Shown here: positions 45,011 through 50,903 of the stretch, one piece after another
Position numbering within the stretch: the stretch's first letter is position 1
How the letters are laid out: each line of letters opens with the position of its first letter
Assembly: GCA_046314415.1 (NCBI GenBank)
Contig: JBKBWT010000001.1
Coordinates: 1,160-52,062, forward strand
Direction: 5' to 3'
Origin: Saprospiraceae bacterium
GTDB taxonomy: Bacteria; Bacteroidota; Bacteroidia; Chitinophagales; Saprospiraceae
Length of the DNA stretch: 50,903 nucleotides
Notes under the pieces: model-generated
Told to the model about the DNA's origin: nothing
Seen by the model: only the letters and a program-made list of their open reading frames with translations
The model's database searches: none
Translations under genes and position numbers: made by a program

Positions 45011-48000
45011 TTATTTTCCGCGCAGAATCGTGAGCGAACCTTTTTGCTGTACCAGGTTGCCATCCTTATTGGTGTATTCCAATACAAAGTAATAAGGTCC
45101 ATCCGGCAGTGGGTCGCCACTCTGTGTGGTGCCTTCCCAACCAGATTGATAGTTATCTGCCTGGAATACCAGTTGTCCCCAGCGGTTGTAAATTTCCAGA
45201 TGGTTTTCGGCACTTTCATTACAAGTCACTCTAAAGTCTTCATTAGCGCCGTCTCCTTCCGGTGTAATAATTACTTTATCAACCAAACAGTCAGGATTAC
45301 CCGATTCACCAACAATGCCAGTGGCACTTGGCGCAGTACATCCCCGACTATCGGTCACGGCTACCATATAAGTACCTGCACATAATCCATCAATCATAGC
45401 ATCGCTGCTCATCGGCGCATTCCAGCGGAAAGTATAAGGAGTTGAACCACCTTCCACTACCGCAAGTGCCGAACCATTACAGCCATCTGTAGCCGGTTGT
45501 GTTTCTACTTTAACTTGAATTGGTTTAGGCTCAGCTAATGTAAATGAAGCGGTCACTTTACAATTATTGCCATCCGTAGCTACCACCTGGTAGGTACCAG
45601 GTCCACGATTCAACAAGAATGGACCAGCCTCCTGAGGCGTTGTATTCCATACAAAACTATAAGGTTTGCCAACTGCTCCACCAACTGCGTTTAGTACAAT
45701 TCTACCGTCGGTTCTACCTGCACAGGAAATCTGTTGAATATTGGCAACCACCTGAATCGAATCCGGCGGCACCACATTGATTTGCTTGGTAACCGTACAA
45801 CCAATTGCATCGGTCACCGCAACTTGATAAGCTCCGGCACCTACGCCATTCAATACAGGTGTAGTACCTAATACCGTAGTGCCACGACGCCATTGATAGG
45901 AGTAGTTGCCACTACCACTTTTGCCAGTCGCCTCGATGATACCATCGGTTGAAGTCGGGCAACTAATATCCGAACCATTGTAATCAGAAATCACTTCGAC
46001 ATCTGCATTCAAATTTGAATTGGAGCCAATGGTAAATTGTTTGGTCAAGGTATTACCCGACTGCTCCGTAACGCTCACCGTATAAACACCAGGTGCTACA
46101 TTTTTCAAGGTATCAGCAGTAGAAATTACCGTACCGGCAGCATTCCGCCAGGAATAACCATAAGGTTTGGTGCCTCCGGTAATACTCAATGCAATCACGC
46201 CGGTAGTATCCTGCGGACAAGCGGTGGCAACCGCAGCGCCATTGGCACGGAAAGTTGTCACCGGAATAGCAGGGAAGGTTTGCCGACAGCCATTCGCATC
46301 CTGTACGGTTGCAATAAAATTACCTTCGCAAAGATTGATAATCTGCGTGTTATTGCCGGTATTCGGTGTATTCCATTGTACACTGTAGGGTTGCTTACCT
46401 CCGGAGAAGGTAACACTAATGCTACCCGTACAACCTGACTCTTCGGTATCATGTTTTACCACACTGGCGACTTGAATAGGTGCCGGCTGTGGTACATCAA
46501 CACTGTCGCGTAATATGGTACCGAGATCATCGGTGATGGTATAAACCAACTTGCCACCGCTCAGATTATTCTTGTTTACAGTACCATTGTTATTTGACAA
46601 TGTCGTATTATCACTAAATGCAATGTTATAAGGAGCACGCCCGCCGTTAATCTGGAAGGACAGCGTACCGTCATTGTTGCCTGCACAAGTTACCCCTGTG
46701 ATCTGGCGATTGGCAGTTGAAAGCGGAATATTTTGCTCTGTCACATTGTAACAGCCACTATTCGTACAGCCGCGACTGTCAGTTACGGTTACACAGTATT
46801 CGTCCTTCCGCAAATTCGCCAAAGTATCCTTGGTAGAATTATCTTCCCATCTGATGGTATAAGGACCTGTACCCCCACTGATTGCCAGCACGATTCGACC
46901 ATTTGAACCACCCACACTTGCCTGCGTAATCTGCGCATTGAGTACAATCGGTGGATATTTGGTAATTTCAAAGCTGGAAGTATTGGTTCCTCCTTGACTA
47001 TCTGTAATCGTGACGGTATAAGTACCGGCTGCTACGTTATTTAAGTTTTGCGTGGTTGCACCATTGCTCCAACGGAAAGAATAAGGCGATGCTCCTCCGC
47101 TAACAGTCAGTATCACTGAACCAGTGGTCGTGCCATCACAAATACGATTTGCCTGTCCGGTTACGTTCAACGGTGCAGTAATACTTGCGCAGCGTGTAGC
47201 CGTACAATTCTGTGCATCCGTCACCGTCACACAATACTGGCCCGGCGTAGTCAAACCACTGAGGTCTTTTTGCGTAGAAGTATAATTATTGGGACCCGCC
47301 CAAGCGTAAGTATAAGTACCGGTGCCACCCGTTACCGTTATTGCAATAGCGCCATTGGTACCTTGTTGATTGATATTGGTAGGAACCATATTGCTAACCT
47401 GCACAGTTGATTGCGAAGCAACGTTCAAATTAGTGAGTGCAAACGTACAGCTCCGCGCATCCGTGATGGTAACAGCGTAAGTACCAACTGCCAGATTACT
47501 CTGTGAAGCAACATTGTCGGGCAACGAACCACTCCAGTTATACTGATATGGGCTCGTACCTCCAGATACATTTAAAGTAATGCCACCTGAATTAGCCGCA
47601 GCGCCGCAGGCGATATTGGTAATGTTGGAAGTTGCATTCAACGCGGCAGCTGGTTGGTTGACGTTATAAGTGCCGGTAACTGTCAAAGAAGTCGTTGCAT
47701 CTGTCACCGTTACTGAATACGTACCCGCCGGAATATTGGTCAAATCCTGCGTGGTCGCATTATTACTCCATCGATAGGTAAAATTACCAGAACCACCCTG
47801 TGGGGTAATATTGATAGCGCCCGTCGATTGCCCAAAACAGTTCACCCCTGTGATAGCAGGCACTGCCAGGGTCGGAGCAGCAGGTCCACTGCTACCAATG
47901 GTAACAGTTCCATTTTTAGTAGAGAAAGGCTCCGCTTCCTCATCTATATTATCCACCCCCATTGGTGCGGTAGGCGTTCCGGTAAAACTCAATGCAGCGG

Positions 48001-49735
48001 TTGTACCATTGGCACCAATTGCATTGAAGCAAAGTTGAAAAATGACGCTGCCATTCGGACGATCCACCCCAGCTACTGCATTGTCAAACCAAACCATTGT
48101 AACTAAACCTGCTGTTGTGGGTGGAGCACTGGTAGGTGTACCAAACTGCGCCACGGTCAAATCAGGTAAACCAAATTGCCCAACGGACACAAATTGTAAT
48201 CTGGTTGCATCATATTGTATGCCTAAGGTTATACCAATAATGTCGTTCATATTATCAACCGTCACATCCACACAAACCTGCTGCCCCGACTGAACGGTTT
48301 TATCAGAGATGGAAAATCTTAACTGCCCAGGCTGAGGGTCGCCTCCACCGCCCGTACCCACGGTCACCGTACCATTCTTGCTACTGAAAGTAACAAATTG
48401 AGAATTACCATTTACGATTTCAATTGGCGTGGGACTGGCTACAAAATTTACACTGGAGCTACCAGTAGTCATCAAAATTTTGAAGCATACCTGAAAAATA
48501 TTGGTTCCGTCCGGTATGGTCACGCCTTGAACCGCCGGGTCACTCCACGACACGGTGATCCTACCTCTTGGAACTGCACCTGAACCGGGCAATCCAAAAG
48601 AATTGATGTCTAATCCACTTAGATTAAAGCTGCCGACAGAAACGAATTGTAATTTGGTGGTATCATATTGCAAACTGAATTGCATGAATAGAATGTCGTT
48701 GTACCCCTGTGCGGTTACATCCAAACAAACATTGGTGCCGCTTGGGGCAGTCTTATCAGCGAGGCTTAGTCTGAATGTATTCGTATTACCACCGCCTGAA
48801 GTAATAGATACGGTACCATTTTGACCATTGAATGTTACGGCGCTTCCACCACCTTTGGTCACTACCTGTGCCTGTGGAGCGTTGGTAAAACCTACTACGG
48901 CGTCTCCGGTTGCGGTTGCGGTAAAACAAACCTGATAAATTACGGTGCCATTTGGTCGGCTTACGCCGGCTGCGGTTGCAGGTGTATTCGTCCAGTTAAC
49001 AGTGATTCTACCTTTTGGAACACCGGTGGTGCCTGGTAATCCAAAAGCAGCATTTGTCAAGCCTGCCAAATTAAAGCTACCTACGGAAACAAATTGCAGG
49101 CGGGTTGTATCATATTGTAAGGTATATCTGGTTGTACCAATACTGTCGAAACCCTCGGTCGTAACATCCACACATACCTGCTGCCCCTGGGTTACACTTT
49201 TATTAGAAGCAATGAGTTTGAACGGTGTTGCAGCACTGCCATTTATGGTTACATTACCGGCTTGCCCATTGAAGGTTAAAGAGGATCCCCCAGCATTGAA
49301 AACATCTGGTGGGGTGGGTGTATTACTAAATTCGACTTTTGTAGTATTAGCGGAGTTTAATACATTGAAACACACTTCAAAAATAGTTGTACCGTCGGGG
49401 CGTGTTAACCCGGCAAATGTTTTTTCGTCCCACAATACGGTAATTTTACCTTGTGGAACATTACCTGAGCCGGGAAGACCGAAGCTGCTTGCTTCAGTAA
49501 GATCAGGTAGATTTAAATTTTTAACGGATGCAAATTGAAGTGCGGAGGGGTCATAGCTAATAGAGAATTGAAAACCTAGAATCTGATTGAATCCACTTAC
49601 CTTTATGGGCAAACAAATTTGTTGCCCTCGGTTAGCGGTAGTACTTCCAACACTGAAAGTGACAGTCTGAGCTGCCGCATAGCTGGCGCAAAATAGCAAC
49701 AGTACTGCTATAAAAGGTGTAATGAATCTCTTCAT
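45011..49735 (-). CDS. 1574-aa T9SS type B cargo: 4 tandem cohesin-like modules + 11 SprB-type repeats + gliding-motility-associated (CHU_C) C-terminal domain
   Basis: Signal peptide ...CASYAAAQ. Four ~145-aa modules have the pattern G..vC.(d/p)v.v.gf..i.g.qf.lqYD...LqFvSvg.f.l... (nt 47891-49669). SprB repeats such as CFGQSTGAINITPQGGSGNFTYRWSN follow. The C-terminus is ITPEGDGANEDF...IYNRWGQLVF...GWEG...GPYYFVL...GSLTILRGK. Confidence 0.9.
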   Translation of the reverse strand: MKRFITPFIAVLLLFCASYAAAQTVTFSVGSTTANRGQQICLPIKVSGFNQILGFQFSISYDPSALQFASVKNLNLPDLTEASSFGLPGSGNVPQGKITVLWDEKTFAGLTRPDGTTIFEVCFNVLNSANTTKVEFSNTPTPPDVFNAGGSSLTFNGQAGNVTINGSAATPFKLIASNKSVTQGQQVCVDVTTEGFDSIGTTRYTLQYDTTRLQFVSVGSFNLAGLTNAAFGLPGTTGVPKGRITVNWTNTPATAAGVSRPNGTVIYQVCFTATATGDAVVGFTNAPQAQVVTKGGGSAVTFNGQNGTVSITSGGGNTNTFRLSLADKTAPSGTNVCLDVTAQGYNDILFMQFSLQYDTTKLQFVSVGSFNLSGLDINSFGLPGSGAVPRGRITVSWSDPAVQGVTIPDGTNIFQVCFKILMTTGSSSVNFVASPTPIEIVNGNSQFVTFSSKNGTVTVGTGGGGDPQPGQLRFSISDKTVQSGQQVCVDVTVDNMNDIIGITLGIQYDATRLQFVSVGQFGLPDLTVAQFGTPTSAPPTTAGLVTMVWFDNAVAGVDRPNGSVIFQLCFNAIGANGTTAALSFTGTPTAPMGVDNIDEEAEPFSTKNGTVTIGSSGPAAPTLAVPAITGVNCFGQSTGAINITPQGGSGNFTYRWSNNATTQDLTNIPAGTYSVTVTDATTSLTVTGTYNVNQPAAALNATSNITNIACGAAANSGGITLNVSGGTSPYQYNWSGSLPDNVASQSNLAVGTYAVTITDARSCTFALTNLNVASQSTVQVSNMVPTNINQQGTNGAIAITVTGGTGTYTYAWAGPNNYTSTQKDLSGLTTPGQYCVTVTDAQNCTATRCASITAPLNVTGQANRICDGTTTGSVILTVSGGASPYSFRWSNGATTQNLNNVAAGTYTVTITDSQGGTNTSSFEITKYPPIVLNAQITQASVGGSNGRIVLAISGGTGPYTIRWEDNSTKDTLANLRKDEYCVTVTDSRGCTNSGCYNVTEQNIPLSTANRQITGVTCAGNNDGTLSFQINGGRAPYNIAFSDNTTLSNNNGTVNKNNLSGGKLVYTITDDLGTILRDSVDVPQPAPIQVASVVKHDTEESGCTGSISVTFSGGKQPYSVQWNTPNTGNNTQIINLCEGNFIATVQDANGCRQTFPAIPVTTFRANGAAVATACPQDTTGVIALSITGGTKPYGYSWRNAAGTVISTADTLKNVAPGVYTVSVTEQSGNTLTKQFTIGSNSNLNADVEVISDYNGSDISCPTSTDGIIEATGKSGSGNYSYQWRRGTTVLGTTPVLNGVGAGAYQVAVTDAIGCTVTKQINVVPPDSIQVVANIQQISCAGRTDGRIVLNAVGGAVGKPYSFVWNTTPQEAGPFLLNRGPGTYQVVATDGNNCKVTASFTLAEPKPIQVKVETQPATDGCNGSALAVVEGGSTPYTFRWNAPMSSDAMIDGLCAGTYMVAVTDSRGCTAPSATGIVGESGNPDCLVDKVIITPEGDGANEDFRVTCNESAENHLEIYNRWGQLVFQADNYQSGWEGTTQSGDPLPDGPYYFVLEYTNKDGNLVQQKGSLTILRGK

Positions 49736-49789
49736 TGCGCTCGGAGTTTGGGATGTTACAAAAATGTTGATTAAATCGGTCTTGTCCTT

Positions 49790-50593
49790 TTACAGAAAAA
49801 TCAATTTTTGTGTAATAACAAAATCAGGTGATACGAGTAAATATTGATATGCTCCCGGAACCGGAAACATCTCTTTCGTCAGTCGCAATGTATGTAAGCC
49901 ACTTGCCATGAATCGCTGTTCTTCGTGAATCGTCTGTCCTTGTGTATTTTGAATCAGAAGTCGGACTTGCGATGCCGCCTTCAGTTCAAGTTTTACCTGT
50001 GTAAACTCATGAAAAGGATTGGGATAACTGTCTTCGACCTGTACAAGGTGAGGTGCACTATTGTACACATGCGTACTGGTCGCAGCATCTACTCTTACTG
50101 CACCATCTAAATACTTTGCGTCCACTTCGTTCAGGCTGGAATCAGCAATTTCGCGGAGTGCAATATCATCAGTGAAAGATAAGGGACTAATAGCTGCAGG
50201 AGTGCCAATTACCTCGAAATTGATAGAAAAGAGTGTAGTGCTATCATCCAGGCTGCGTCCTTGCAGGGATTCATCATACCACTGGAAAGCTAACATACCA
50301 TCAGCGGTTTTTTGTAATCCGAAACTTTCAACCTGAGGGTTGAGCGATAATGTAAAGTCTCTCACCTCTTTAAAGCGGAGTACGTTGGTATTCCATTTCA
50401 CGGTAAATTGTACGCCGACGATCTTTTTGAAATGAGCTACTTTAATATTAGCCTTATAAATAGTAGATGGGGGTACTATTGCAGTAGGTGCGATAATGGT
50501 AGGTAAAGTCTGTGCTTGTAATGCAAACACTATAGAAAAGCACAAAACACAGGAGAGTATAGCGCTTCCTATCTTTTTCATGGGATCAAACAT
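49790..50593 (-). CDS. secreted protein with one cohesin-like module and a T9SS type A C-terminal sorting domain
   Basis: 267-aa ORF; the start may be the ATG at 50581 (MKKIGSAILSCVLCFSIVFALQAQ). The module reads KANIKVAHFKKIVGVQFTVKWNTNVLRFKEVRDF...MLAFQWYD...TLFSINFEVIG. The C-terminus is YPNPFHEFTQVKLELKAASQVRLLIQNTQGQTI...GAYQYLLVSPDFVITQKLIFL. Confidence 0.75.
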   Translation of the reverse strand: MFDPMKKIGSAILSCVLCFSIVFALQAQTLPTIIAPTAIVPPSTIYKANIKVAHFKKIVGVQFTVKWNTNVLRFKEVRDFTLSLNPQVESFGLQKTADGMLAFQWYDESLQGRSLDDSTTLFSINFEVIGTPAAISPLSFTDDIALREIADSSLNEVDAKYLDGAVRVDAATSTHVYNSAPHLVQVEDSYPNPFHEFTQVKLELKAASQVRLLIQNTQGQTIHEEQRFMASGLHTLRLTKEMFPVPGAYQYLLVSPDFVITQKLIFL

Positions 50594-50679
50594 TTAACTT
50601 GCCTAATTCGGCTGCAAGGTAAGAAAAATTCTACAATCACAGTGTTTTCAGAGAATAAATTTTAATTCGTTAACATAGC

Positions 50680-50718
50680 GGTAAAATACAAAGAGGAGTG
50701 ACTCCTAAGAGCCACTCC
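50680..50718 (-). terminator. possible terminator after the partial upstream T9SS cargo gene
   Basis: On the minus strand, a GGAGTG ... CACTCC stem is followed by TCTTTGTATTTT. Confidence 0.4.
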
Positions 50719-50736
50719 CCATTTGTATGGTTTTTA

Positions 50737-50903
50737 TTATTCTACAACGACCATTTTCTTGGTAGCGTTGAATTCACCAGCCTGGAGGGTGTAGGTCAGC
50801 ACACCGGTAGGCAGGTCAGCTGAGTTCAGGATTACCTGGTTGTAACCCTTCACATAGGAACCTCTCACCAGTTTCACGACTTTACCCGTGATATCCGAGA
50901 TCG
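50737..50903 (-). CDS. C-terminal 55 codons of a T9SS type A CTD-bearing protein (the gene enters from the right window edge)
   Basis: My own translation is ISDITGKVVKLVRGSYVKGYNQVILNSADLPTGVLTYTLQAGEFNATKKMVVVE followed by a stop (TAA at 50739-50737). This fits the Por secretion tail pattern. It is not in the ORF track because it is truncated. Confidence 0.7.
   Translation of the reverse strand, partial: ISDITGKVVKLVRGSYVKGYNQVILNSADLPTGVLTYTLQAGEFNATKKMVVVE

Overview
This 50.9-kb window looks like a chromosomal segment from a Bacteroidota bacterium. The evidence is T9SS type A and type B C-terminal sorting domains, a PorP/SprF gene, SprB-type repeats and TAnnTTTG-like -7 boxes. The left third carries housekeeping genes (metK 5' end, FAH-family hydrolase, trpS, ridA, rpmF-yceD). 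These are followed by a 7.2-kb gene for a 2407-aa repeat-built T9SS type B surface protein. Next come a 14 x 21-bp tandem array and two genes of unknown function, each preceded by a copy of the same structured 160-210-bp element. The middle holds transporters (NhaD-like, TVP38/TMEM64, MFS, SSF), a GH13 branching-enzyme-like gene, an SDR, a HAD-IIA hydrolase, class I aldolase fbaB and a DUF1003 protein. At 27696-37342 a ~9.6-kb integrative element sits in the 3' end of an initiator-type tRNA-Met and is bounded by a 15-bp direct repeat. It encodes a tyrosine integrase, two excisionase-like HTH proteins, a VirE-type P-loop protein, a BT4734/PriCT primase-like protein, a 10-copy iteron-like array and about seven ORFs of unknown function. 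It has no recognisable relaxase, T4SS or virion genes. The right third contains what I consider the most interesting content. One gene encodes a secreted protein that combines a lysyl-oxidase-type catalytic domain (Cu and LTQ residues conserved), a canonical two-loop dockerin and a T9SS type A CTD. About 5 kb away is a minus-strand T9SS cargo operon: a single-cohesin-like type A protein, a 1574-aa protein (four tandem cohesin-like modules, 11 SprB repeats, type B CTD) and its adjacent PorP/SprF partner. Together these suggest a T9SS-displayed cohesin-dockerin surface assembly that recruits a lysine oxidase, which is an inference and not shown by the sequence. All domain calls rest on reading the translations by eye. 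No HMM, BLAST or folding computation was possible.
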